From contig CADBKZ010000006.1 of assembly GCA_902795355.1 (NCBI GenBank), positions 22,496 through 86,495 of the forward strand: a stretch of DNA of 64,000 nt, in the 5' to 3' direction. Source of the DNA: an uncultured Ruminococcus sp. Its GTDB lineage: Bacteria; Bacillota; Clostridia; Oscillospirales; CAG-272. The position numbers and the translations under genes are program-made. A model generated the notes under the pieces. It was not told where the DNA came from and ran no database searches. It saw nothing but the letters and a program-made list of their open reading frames with translations. This document shows positions 53,905 through 62,118 of this stretch, one piece after another (within the stretch, counting starts at the first letter, position 1; the number at the start of each line of letters is the position of its first letter).

Positions 53905-54957
53905 TCAGCGGCCTCTCTTTTCTCCCGTTTCGGGTGTTTTTTTCGACGCGTGATAGCGTTTTCCCGACCGTTCCTGTTCGCGGCGGAGCTGTTCGCGGTC
54001 GTATTTTTCGTATGCTTTGATGATTTTCTGAACCAGCCGATGGCGAACCACATCGCGCTCGCTGAACGCGTGAATGGCAATGTCGTCGATCCCCTCGAGA
54101 ATCTTCACGGCGGCGGAAAGCCCGCTTTTCTGCCCGCGCGGCAGGTCGGTCTGGGTCAGATCCCCCGTTACCACGGCCTTGGAATTGAAGCCCAAGCGCG
54201 TGAGAAACATTTTCATTTGCTCGGGGGTGGCGTTCTGCGCTTCGTCGAGGATGATGAACGAATCGTCAAGCGTTCGCCCGCGCATATAGGCAAGCGGCGC
54301 GATCTCGATTACGCCCTTTTCCACCAATTTCTGGTAGGTCTCCACGCCGAGCATTTCATAGAGCGCGTCGTAGAGCGGGCGGAGATAGGGGTCGATCTTG
54401 CTTTGCAGATCCCCGGGGAGAAAGCCGAGCTTCTCTCCCGCCTCGATGGCGGGTCGCGTCAGAATGATGCGGCTGACCTGCTTTTCCCGCAGGGACTTGA
54501 CCGCCATGGCAACGGCCAAAAAGGTTTTTCCCGTTCCCGCCGGCCCAACGCCGAGCACAATCGTGTTCTTGCGGATGGCTTCCACATACTGCTTTTGCCC
54601 GACGGTTTTCGCCTTGACGGGTTTGCCGCGCGAGGTGACGCAAATGCAGGCGTCGCCCAATTCGCGGAGTTCGTTTCCCTGCCCCGCGGCGATCATTTCC
54701 ATGGCGTATTGCACGCTCTGGTCCGAAATCACGTCGGTTTTGGCGGCAAGCTCCGCGAGATAGGCGACGCACTGCGCAGCCGCGGTTACGGTTTCCTCGG
54801 TCTCGCCCTCAATCAGAACGGAATCGCCGTTCCCTTCCGCGCGGTTGCGCAGGGTAACGCCGAAATGCGCCTCGATCAGGGCGGCGTTCGCGTCAAAGCT
54901 CCCGAAGATTTTCGCGGTGGCGTCCGGTTGTTCGATTTTTACGGTTTTGCGAATCAT
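53905..54957 (-). CDS. phoH: PhoH-family ATPase (YbeZ-like)
   Basis: GPAGTGKTFLAVA Walker A and IILDEAQN Walker B. Confidence 0.9.
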   Translation of the reverse strand: MIRKTVKIEQPDATAKIFGSFDANAALIEAHFGVTLRNRAEGNGDSVLIEGETEETVTAAAQCVAYLAELAAKTDVISDQSVQYAMEMIAAGQGNELRELGDACICVTSRGKPVKAKTVGQKQYVEAIRKNTIVLGVGPAGTGKTFLAVAMAVKSLREKQVSRIILTRPAIEAGEKLGFLPGDLQSKIDPYLRPLYDALYEMLGVETYQKLVEKGVIEIAPLAYMRGRTLDDSFIILDEAQNATPEQMKMFLTRLGFNSKAVVTGDLTQTDLPRGQKSGLSAAVKILEGIDDIAIHAFSERDVVRHRLVQKIIKAYEKYDREQLRREQERSGKRYHASKKTPETGEKRGR

Positions 54958-54978
54958 AAACTTCCTTTCCCGAACCGA

Positions 54979-56151
54979 TTATTCCACAACCTCAAATTCC
55001 ATCGGAACGGCAATATTTTCCACGCAGTCCAACCTGCATTCCAGAACCAGCGCGGTGTCGGTGATTGACGCGGCGACGCGTTTTCCGACCGGCTGCACCT
55101 CGTTGGAAAGCTCGGAGAGGCGGCGTTCCAATTCTTCCCAAGCGAGTTCCAACGCTTCCTTTGGGCTGCGTTCGGCCGTTACCTGCGTATACGGGAGATA
55201 GGTGCGCCGCAGGATGGAAACGGGCAAATCGCGCATTCCGAGCCAATCCTCTCCTGTGGTCGTCTCTATTATATCACAAGTGGCCGCCGGATTTCTACTG
55301 TTTTTTGAAAATTTTAATGAAAATTTGAAGAAATTCAGCACCGTTTCGGCGCGGGAGCTTTCCCCGTACACCTTTTGCTCGTAGGAAAGCGGAATCTCCA
55401 CGCGGAATACCCGCTCGGTGCGCGCCAGAACCCGACCGTTCGCGCGGGTATACCGATACCCGACCGTTGCGCTGTCGTACACGCCGCTGACCAGCAATTC
55501 CCCCGCGCGCACCGGCTGACCGATATGGACCATGGCGCGGCCCCGATAGAGTTCCAGCCCCTCAACGGTTCCGTCCCGCTCGGCCACAAGGTTGGCGGGC
55601 TTATCGTTTTTGGCCGGTTCGGGCGACCGTTCGACGACCTGCACCACCGCAACCGTTCCATCCATATGGATGGCGAGCCATGCGAGATCATCCGAGAGCA
55701 GGAGCGCGCGCGTTTCGATTTCTCCCATGCGGAGCGACGGCACATAACTGCCGACTTCCAACCCCTGCTCCGAGAGCAATTGCCGAATCTCCCCCGCCGT
55801 TAACCGCTCGTTTCCGCCCACGCGGACCGACCAGACAAATTTTTGCGAGAGGACCAACAGGAAAACGGCGACGGCAAGCCCCGCGACCAATCCCGCCCGC
55901 CTTCCCAAACGGAGCAGGCGCGCGGGGAGTCCCCCGACCGTTCGCCGGAGCGGAATCCCCTCCCGCGCGCAGTCCCGCGCCAACCTGTGCGCGGAAATCG
56001 CCCCGATCCGAAAGCGGATCCCGCCTCCGTCGGTCGGCGCAAAATCCGAAACCGAGAGCCCCCGCCGCAGGCAGAGGTTCAGGAGCGCCTCGACATTCGC
56101 CCGATCGGTTTCCAGCGTTTCATACCCGAGCAAAAACAACGGCAGGTTCAT
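54979..56151 (-). CDS. yqfD: sporulation protein YqfD
   Basis: Position after yqfC. A central TM helix followed by VRVGGNERLTAGEIRQLLSEQGL, typical of YqfD. Confidence 0.8.
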   Translation of the reverse strand: MNLPLFLLGYETLETDRANVEALLNLCLRRGLSVSDFAPTDGGGIRFRIGAISAHRLARDCAREGIPLRRTVGGLPARLLRLGRRAGLVAGLAVAVFLLVLSQKFVWSVRVGGNERLTAGEIRQLLSEQGLEVGSYVPSLRMGEIETRALLLSDDLAWLAIHMDGTVAVVQVVERSPEPAKNDKPANLVAERDGTVEGLELYRGRAMVHIGQPVRAGELLVSGVYDSATVGYRYTRANGRVLARTERVFRVEIPLSYEQKVYGESSRAETVLNFFKFSLKFSKNSRNPAATCDIIETTTGEDWLGMRDLPVSILRRTYLPYTQVTAERSPKEALELAWEELERRLSELSNEVQPVGKRVAASITDTALVLECRLDCVENIAVPMEFEVVE

Positions 56152-56426
56152 GGCCGCGTCCCCCCGCTTTCCCGAAATTCGACCGCCCGCAAGGTTCCCA
56201 CCACCGTTACGCTCCCGCCCGCAAAGGAAACGCAGCGCAGGTCGTCCCCCCGCAGGGAGAGTTCCCGCCCGCGCAGCGCCAAGCGGATCTCCTCGGTGGA
56301 ATAGAACAGGATTTTTCCGCAGCCGCGCACCGTGGCGCGGCGGTTTCCGTACAGGACCGCCATTTCGGAAAACGCCCCGCCGAAATAACGTTTTGCGCGG
56401 TCTTTCAGGCTCTCTCGGTCGCTCAT
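56148..56426 (-). CDS. yqfC: sporulation protein YqfC (YabP family)
   Basis: ~92-aa protein ...VLYGNRRATVRGCGKILFYSTEEIRL...GGSVTVVGTLRAVEF, overlapping yqfD. Confidence 0.75.
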   Translation of the reverse strand: MSDRESLKDRAKRYFGGAFSEMAVLYGNRRATVRGCGKILFYSTEEIRLALRGRELSLRGDDLRCVSFAGGSVTVVGTLRAVEFRESGGTRP

Positions 56427-56543
56427 ATTTTTTTCCTCGTTTCTCTGCAAACTATCATAAATCGTCGCCCGTCCGCGTATGGATAAAGCGACAAAGCAAA
56501 CCCGAAAGGTTGCTTTTCAGTTTATGCGGGAAAGGACGACGAC

Positions 56544-57536
56544 ATGACAGGACACGCCGCAAACAGCAAAAAACGGGCGTTTCGCCCGCTGATTCCAACC
56601 CTTCGGAAAGCCTTGCTCCCGCTTGGCGTTCTGTTTTGCATGCTCCTCTTCCTGCGCAACTCCGGACTTGCGCGAGCGTCGGTTCTCGGCGGTTTGCGGC
56701 TTGCGGGGTTGCAGGTTCTCCCCGCCGTGTTCCCGTTTCTCGTGTTTTCGGAACTCCTCGTTTCGGGAACCGCTCCGCCGCGATTGGCGACCAAAGGACT
56801 GCAAACGCTTTTCCGCATGCCCGCCGCGGGATGCGTTGCAATTCTGTTGGGGTGGCTCTGCGGGTTCCCGATCGGCGCGCGGTGCGCGGTGCGTGCGCTT
56901 AAAAACGGACTTCTGACCCGCGACGAGACCGAGCGCGCGGTGGCGATTTCGAGCGTTCCCTCGCCCGCGTTTCTGATTGGCGGGGTGGGCGCGGGAATGC
57001 TCGGCAACCGCGCGGCGGGGCTTTTTCTGTACGGCGCGACGATCTTTGCGGCGGCAACCGCCGGAGCGGTTTCGGCGCGCGTGGGGTCCCGGGAATCCAC
57101 GCTCCCGCCCCCCGTGCTTTCTCCCCAAGCCGCCCAACCGTTTGCCAAACGGCTGACTTCCGCGATTCGCGGCTCCGCCACGGCCGCCCTGCACATTTGC
57201 GCGTTTGTGGTCTTTTTCTCGGCAATTTCGGGCGCGGTGGGCGCAATTCTTTCGCGATTCGGCATGGGAGCCGTTCCTTCCGCTTGGGTCGGCTCGCTTC
57301 TGGAACTTTCGGGCGGCGTTGCCATGGCCGCCGAGCTTCCCGACCCGCGCGCCGCGCTGCTCCTTTGCGGGGCGGCGGCCGGCTGGGCAGGTCTTTCGGT
57401 GCACTGCCAGATTCTTTCGGTTTGCGACGGTTACGGGCTTCGTTCCGGAAGATATTTTCTCTCCAAAGCGGCGCAGGCGTTGCTTTGCGCGGGAGCGGTT
57501 GCGGTCTGGCTGCTCGCGCACGGAACGGTCGGATAA
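56544..57536 (+). CDS. ylbJ: sporulation integral membrane protein YlbJ (nucleoside-recognition/gate domain)
   Basis: Polytopic. GLRLAGLQVLPAVFPFLVFSELLV and the later LLELSGGV are typical of YlbJ. Confidence 0.7.
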   Translation: MTGHAANSKKRAFRPLIPTLRKALLPLGVLFCMLLFLRNSGLARASVLGGLRLAGLQVLPAVFPFLVFSELLVSGTAPPRLATKGLQTLFRMPAAGCVAILLGWLCGFPIGARCAVRALKNGLLTRDETERAVAISSVPSPAFLIGGVGAGMLGNRAAGLFLYGATIFAAATAGAVSARVGSRESTLPPPVLSPQAAQPFAKRLTSAIRGSATAALHICAFVVFFSAISGAVGAILSRFGMGAVPSAWVGSLLELSGGVAMAAELPDPRAALLLCGAAAGWAGLSVHCQILSVCDGYGLRSGRYFLSKAAQALLCAGAVAVWLLAHGTVG

Positions 57537-57666
57537 AAAACGCGATTTTCGCATATACGCGCGGAAAATTCAAACAAAAAAGAAACCGACCGCGAACGCC
57601 GCGAGCCGGTCTCCCTCTGTCTGCAAACATGTGGGCCTTCTCCTTTCGGAGAAGGGTGCCTTAAAA

Positions 57667-57941
57667 AACTTTCCGCCTGAAACTCCTTTCACCGTTCGCT
57701 TTCGCTCACGGTCCCCCTCCCCCCAGAGGTGGAGGTTTCAAGTTACCATCCATTGGAAGAAATACGCATTTCCTATTTTTCCGATTGCTAACAACTTTTA
57801 CCTCCTCCATCGGGTAGCGAAGCGGCGGCGCGGTCAGTGACAAGCCGCGCCGTGACCGAGCGAAAATGCCGCGCACGGCATTCGCGAGACGGTGTCGCGC
57901 ACGCTTGCGGGCGTGACGGAAGGAGTTTCGGGCGGAAAGTT
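57667..57941. other. 275-nt imperfect long hairpin element (candidate structured ncRNA or MITE-like repeat)
   Basis: The terminal 24 nt, AACTTTCCGCCTGAAACTCCTTTC (57667-57690), pair with GGAAGGAGTTTCGGGCGGAAAGTT (57918-57941): 22 Watson-Crick pairs plus 2 G-U on the plus strand. Nested helices and local hairpins lie inside (AATGCCG-CGCA-CGGCATT, GGCGCGG...CCGCGCC). Confidence 0.5.
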
Positions 57942-57979
57942 ACTCCAAGCCTCGCCCTTGGGAAAATCGGCAAGCGGAA

Positions 57980-58154
57980 GCCTTATCCATAAGGACTTGG
58001 GTATACCCCCGTTTCCACAGTGGGAAATATAAAGGCCTCATCCATAAGTCGCTTGCGACTTTGCCACCATTCCCCCAAGGGGAAGGCTTCAAAAAGCCTC
58101 ATCCATAAGCTGCTTGCGGCTTTTGCACTATTACCCCCATGGGGAAGGCTCAAA
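57980..58154. repeat. two ~60-nt tandem repeats plus one partial copy sharing GCCT[CT]ATCCATAAG
   Basis: Units start at 58035 and 58096: GCCTCATCCATAAG..GCTTGCG..TTTGC.AC.ATT.CCCC..GGGGAAGGCT.CAAA. A partial copy starts at 57980. Each unit holds several short palindromes. Confidence 0.6.
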
Positions 58155-58180
58155 TTCCCCGTTTTTCGCAACCTGTATGC

Positions 58181-58217
58181 AAAAACCCGCGCCGATCCGA
58201 TCGGGGCGGGTTTCTTT
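58181..58217. terminator. bidirectional rho-independent terminator
   Basis: AAAAACCCGCGCCGATCCGATCGGGGCGGGTTTCTTT: a GC-rich stem flanked by an A-run and a T-run, ending 3 nt before the stop of the minus-strand phosphoesterase gene. Confidence 0.8.
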
Positions 58218-58219
58218 AT

Positions 58220-58765
58220 TTATAAAAGATTGGTTTTGAACGGTTCGCCGTCGAGCGTTTTCCATGTAAAACGGTCCGGTTCCAGAATCATATAGGACGG
58301 CGGCGTATTCTCCTTCGGGATTGCGACCGATCCCGGGTTGCAATACAGGTTCTTCTCCCCGAACGGTTCGCACGCAGGAACATGCGTATGCCCATGGAGA
58401 AGAATGTCGCCCGTTTGGAGCGGGGGCGGGTTTGCAACGTTGAAACGATGCCCGTGCGTTGCGAAAACGGTGCGATTTCCGATACAGAACAGCGCGTAGT
58501 CCGCCAAAATCGGAAATTCCAGCACCATTTGATCCACCTCGCTGTCGCAGTTCCCGCGAACGCATAGAAGATCGTTCCTGCGCGGGTTGAGCAGGGCGAT
58601 CACCGCTTTGGGGTCGTATTCCCGCGGCAGGTCGTTCCGCGGGCCGTGGTAAAGAATGTCGCCAAGCAGAATCAGCCGTTCCGCGCCCTCGCGGTCGTAT
58701 GCTTCCAGCAGTTTCCGGCAGGCATGGGCCGAGCCGTGAATATCCGACGCCGCCAGCCACTTCAT
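58220..58765 (-). CDS. YfcE/MJ0936-family metallophosphoesterase
   Basis: [25 protein letters not shown] and LLHGHTH motifs. The ATG overlaps the hisIE stop (ATGA 58765-58762). Confidence 0.85.
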   Translation of the reverse strand: MKWLAASDIHGSAHACRKLLEAYDREGAERLILLGDILYHGPRNDLPREYDPKAVIALLNPRRNDLLCVRGNCDSEVDQMVLEFPILADYALFCIGNRTVFATHGHRFNVANPPPLQTGDILLHGHTHVPACEPFGEKNLYCNPGSVAIPKENTPPSYMILEPDRFTWKTLDGEPFKTNLL

Positions 58766-59421
58766 GTTTTGTCCCCCGTCATCTTTTCCTGCTTGATCTT
58801 TTTATCAATGATGTGGCGCGAGGCAAGTTCGTCGTGAATATCCCCGAGCGAGATGCCGGCCTCGATCATCAGCACCATCACATGGTAGGTCAGGTCGGAA
58901 ATTTCGTAAATGGTTTCCGCCTTATCCTGCGCTTTGCCCGCAATGATAACCTCGGTGCATTCCTCGCCGACCTTTTTTAAAATCTTATCCAGCCCTTTTT
59001 CAAAGAGATACGTGGTGTAGGAACCCTCTTTTTTCTCGGTTTTCCGACCCTCGATCAACTTCATGAGCGATCCGAGCGAAAACGCATGGCGCGTTTCGCT
59101 CTCCCAAACCGCGTCGTTGAAGCAGGAAACGGTTCCCTTATGGCAGGCGGGGCCGTCCGGCTCCACCAGAACCACCAGCGCGTCGCGGTCGCAATCGGCG
59201 GTGATGGAAACGATATGCTGGTAGTTTCCGCTAGTTTCGCCTTTGAGCCAAAGCTCTTTCCGCGAGCGGCTCCAAAAGCAGGTCAGCTCCCTTTCCATGG
59301 AAATTTTCAGGCTTTCGCGGTTCATGTAGGCAAGCGTGAGTACCTCTCGGGTCTTTGCGTCCTGCACGATGGCGGGAATCAGACCGTTTTCATCAAATTT
59401 CAATTCATCGATGTTCAGCAT
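58762..59421 (-). CDS. hisI: bifunctional phosphoribosyl-AMP cyclohydrolase / phosphoribosyl-ATP pyrophosphatase
   Basis: [44 protein letters not shown], and a C-terminal HisE-like helix bundle. Confidence 0.9.
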   Translation of the reverse strand: MLNIDELKFDENGLIPAIVQDAKTREVLTLAYMNRESLKISMERELTCFWSRSRKELWLKGETSGNYQHIVSITADCDRDALVVLVEPDGPACHKGTVSCFNDAVWESETRHAFSLGSLMKLIEGRKTEKKEGSYTTYLFEKGLDKILKKVGEECTEVIIAGKAQDKAETIYEISDLTYHVMVLMIEAGISLGDIHDELASRHIIDKKIKQEKMTGDKT

Positions 59422-59436
59422 GGGATTCTCCTTTGT

Positions 59437-60198
59437 TCAGAGTTGCCGCGCGGGGATCCCCGCGGCGGCCATTTGTTCTTTCAGGTCGCTGATTTTTACC
59501 GTTCCGAAGTGGAAAATGGACGCCGCGAGACCCGCGTCCACGCGCGGCAGGGTTTGAAACAGGGTGATAAAATCGTCGATTTTTCCCGCGCCGCCCGAGG
59601 CGATTACGGGAACGTCCACCGCGCGGCAGACCGCATCCAGCATTTCAAGGTCAAACCCCTGTTTGACCCCGTCGGTGTCGATGGAGTTGACGACCACCTC
59701 GCCCGCGCCCGCCGCCACGCAACGGCGGATCCAGCCGATGGCTTCCATGCCCGTGTTCTCCCTGCCGCCCTTGGCAAACACGCGGAGCACGCCGTCCACG
59801 CGCTTGACGTCGGCCGAAAGCACCACGCATTGGTTGCCGTAGCGCAGGGCGGCCTCGCGGACCAGATCGGGGTTTCGGATGGCTCCCGAGTTGACGCTGA
59901 CCTTATCCGCGCCGCATTTGAGCACACGGTCAAAATCGTCGACGGTATTGATGCCGCCGCCGACCGTGAGCGGAATGAACACCCGCCGCGCGGTTTCGGT
60001 CAGAATGTCGGTGAACAGTCGCCGCCCCTCGGCGGACGCGGTAATATCATAAAAAACCAACTCGTCCGCGCCGCAGCGGCTGTAATATTCGGCAAGGGAA
60101 ACGGGCGAAGAAACGTCCCGCAACCCCTCGAAATTGACCCCTTTTACCACGCGCCCGTCGCGGACGTCGAGGCAGGGGATGATGCGCTTGGTAATCAT
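59437..60198 (-). CDS. hisF: imidazole glycerol phosphate synthase cyclase subunit
   Basis: KRIIPCLDVRDGRVVKGVNF, DELVFYDITAS and IASGGAG. Confidence 0.95.
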   Translation of the reverse strand: MITKRIIPCLDVRDGRVVKGVNFEGLRDVSSPVSLAEYYSRCGADELVFYDITASAEGRRLFTDILTETARRVFIPLTVGGGINTVDDFDRVLKCGADKVSVNSGAIRNPDLVREAALRYGNQCVVLSADVKRVDGVLRVFAKGGRENTGMEAIGWIRRCVAAGAGEVVVNSIDTDGVKQGFDLEMLDAVCRAVDVPVIASGGAGKIDDFITLFQTLPRVDAGLAASIFHFGTVKISDLKEQMAAAGIPARQL

Positions 60199-60908
60199 GT
60201 GGTCTCCTTGATCGCGGCGGCAAGGTCGATTGCCCCCGTATAATATGCTTTGCCGATGATCGCGCCGTAGATCCCCAGCTTGGCAAGCGCGCGGACATCA
60301 TCCATGGAAGAAACGCCGCCCGAGGCGATCAGGCGCATGGAATAGCGGTCCGAAAGCTCCCGATACAGGGCGCGGTTCGTTCCCAGCATGGCGCCGTCGC
60401 GGGAAATGTCGGTGCAGACGACGGTTTGCACGCCGATGTTCTGCAGCCGCGCGCAAAAGGTATGCAGGTCGGTATCCGAACGCTCGGTCCACCCCTTGAC
60501 GGCAACGTTGCCGTCCTTTACGTCCACTCCGACGGCAATCCGCCCGCCGTACCGCCCCACGGCGGCCTGCAGAAAGGCTTCGTCCCGCAACGCCGCGGTT
60601 CCGAGGATAACGCGGTCGATCCCCGCCGAGAGGTACTTTCCCACCGTTTCCATGCTGCGGATCCCCCCGCCGACCTCGCAGGAGAGGCCGCAGGCGCGTT
60701 TGACGGACAAAACGGTTTCCAAATTCGGCGTTTCGCCGCTCTTTGCCCCGTCCAGATCCACGATATGCGCCCATTGCGCGCCCGCCGCGGCAAAATCGCG
60801 CGCGACGGCGGTCGGGTCGTCGTTGTAAACAGTCATTTGGGTATAATCCCCGCGCAGCAGCCGCACCGCGCGGCCGCCCGAGAGGTCGATGGCCGGTAAC
60901 AGAATCAT
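60195..60908 (-). CDS. hisA: ProFAR isomerase HisA
   Basis: MILLPAIDLSGGRAVRLLRGDY (ATG 60908 overlaps the hisH stop), VGGGIRS and ASGGVSS. Confidence 0.9.
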   Translation of the reverse strand: MILLPAIDLSGGRAVRLLRGDYTQMTVYNDDPTAVARDFAAAGAQWAHIVDLDGAKSGETPNLETVLSVKRACGLSCEVGGGIRSMETVGKYLSAGIDRVILGTAALRDEAFLQAAVGRYGGRIAVGVDVKDGNVAVKGWTERSDTDLHTFCARLQNIGVQTVVCTDISRDGAMLGTNRALYRELSDRYSMRLIASGGVSSMDDVRALAKLGIYGAIIGKAYYTGAIDLAAAIKETT

Positions 60909-61531
60909 TGCGCCGCCCCCTTTGCAAGGCTGCAGAACGCGCGCAGGATGGAAAGCCCTACGTCGCCGCTTTTTTCGGGATGGAACTGACAGCCCATTAC
61001 GTTTCCGCGCTGTACCGCCGCGGTCAGCGGCGCGCCGTAATCGGCCGTTGCAATTACGGAATCCGCGCAATCGGCGGCGTAGTAGGAATGGACGAAATAA
61101 ACATAGTCTCCCTCTTTGACGTTGGCAAACAGCGGGGACGGTTTTGTCAGATGCAGCGCATTCCAGCCGATGTGGGGAATTTTGAAGGTTTTCGGGATTA
61201 CATCGGCAATGGGGCGCACCGCGCCGGAAATCAATCCCAGCCCCTCGTGTTCGCCGTATTCATAGCTTTTCCCGAACAGCATTTGCATGCCGAGGCAAAT
61301 GCCGAGCAACGGTTTGCCCGCTTCGGCTTCCGCCGTTACCACATTCCAAAGCCCCGACCCGCGGAGCTTGGCGGCCGCGTCGCGGAATGCGCCCACCCCG
61401 GGAAGGATTACGCCGTCCGCTCGGCGGATTGCGGCGGGATCGGCCGTTATCGCCGCGTCCGCTCCGATGGCGGCAAACGACGATTGCAGGGAAAACAGGT
61501 TGCCGACGCCGTAATCGATGATGGCGAGCAT
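60905..61531 (-). CDS. hisH: imidazole glycerol phosphate synthase glutaminase subunit
   Basis: MLAIIDYGVGNLFS, GICLGMQML (catalytic Cys) and QFHPEKS. Confidence 0.95.
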   Translation of the reverse strand: MLAIIDYGVGNLFSLQSSFAAIGADAAITADPAAIRRADGVILPGVGAFRDAAAKLRGSGLWNVVTAEAEAGKPLLGICLGMQMLFGKSYEYGEHEGLGLISGAVRPIADVIPKTFKIPHIGWNALHLTKPSPLFANVKEGDYVYFVHSYYAADCADSVIATADYGAPLTAAVQRGNVMGCQFHPEKSGDVGLSILRAFCSLAKGAAQ

Positions 61532-62118
61532 TAAAGGACCCCTTTCGTGGACGGAATTTCGTCGGCCGCGGAGGGATCGACGGCCACCGCCGCGCGGAGC
61601 GACCGCGCAACCGATTTGAACGCGCCCTCGAGGATATGATGCGAGTTGCTCCCCGTGAGCTGACGGATATGCAGCGTTACATTGGCGTTGCGGACGAACG
61701 CAAGCCAGAACTCCGCGCCAAGCTCGGTGTCAAAGGTCCCCACCTTTTCGGTGGGCAACGACATTTCATAGCCGAGGTAGCTCCGGCCGGAAATATCCGC
61801 GGCGGAAAGGATCAATGCCTCGTCCATGGGCAGAATTACGCTGCCGTAGCGCGCAATTCCCTTCTTCTCGCCGAGCGCCTCGCCGAACGCCATGCCGAGC
61901 GCGATGCCGACGTCTTCCACGGTGTGGTGGTCGTCCACCTCGGTATCGCCTTTGCAGGAAAGGGTCAGGTCAAAGCGCGCGTGTTTGGCGAACAGCGTGA
62001 GCATATGGTCCAGAAACCCACAGCCGGTTTTGACCTCGGACGCGCCGCGGCCGTCGAGATTCAGGGTCAGGCAAATGTCGGTTTCGGCGGTTTTGCGTGT
62101 AATGGTTGCCGTTCTCAT
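61531..62118 (-). CDS. hisB: imidazoleglycerol-phosphate dehydratase (monofunctional, 195 aa)
   Basis: RKTAETDI, GFLDHML, DDHHTVEDVGIALG and NSHHILEGAFKS. No N-terminal HAD phosphatase domain. Confidence 0.95.
   Translation of the reverse strand: MRTATITRKTAETDICLTLNLDGRGASEVKTGCGFLDHMLTLFAKHARFDLTLSCKGDTEVDDHHTVEDVGIALGMAFGEALGEKKGIARYGSVILPMDEALILSAADISGRSYLGYEMSLPTEKVGTFDTELGAEFWLAFVRNANVTLHIRQLTGSNSHHILEGAFKSVARSLRAAVAVDPSAADEIPSTKGVL

Noticed and set aside
57667-57941. Assigning the long hairpin to 6S RNA, SRP RNA, RNase P RNA or tmRNA.
   Set aside because: None of the motifs I can recall is present. These include the RNase P GAGGAAAGUCC P4 strand, the SRP domain-IV GGAA/AGCA loops in proper context, and a tmRNA tag ORF with a tRNA-like end. 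The 275-nt size also does not fit 6S well. Its identity is left open.
57980-58154. Possible CRISPR array.
   Set aside because: There are only two full repeats and one partial. They are directly adjacent with no unique spacers, and no cas genes are present.
57983-58171. 62-aa minus-strand ORF, and the 91-aa plus-strand ORF 58020..58295, in the repeat region.
   Set aside because: The translations simply echo the DNA tandem repeats (SLWMRLFEAFPLGEW / RLMDEAFIFP). They use TTG/GTG starts without an SD, and the second runs through a terminator into the antisense of a real gene.
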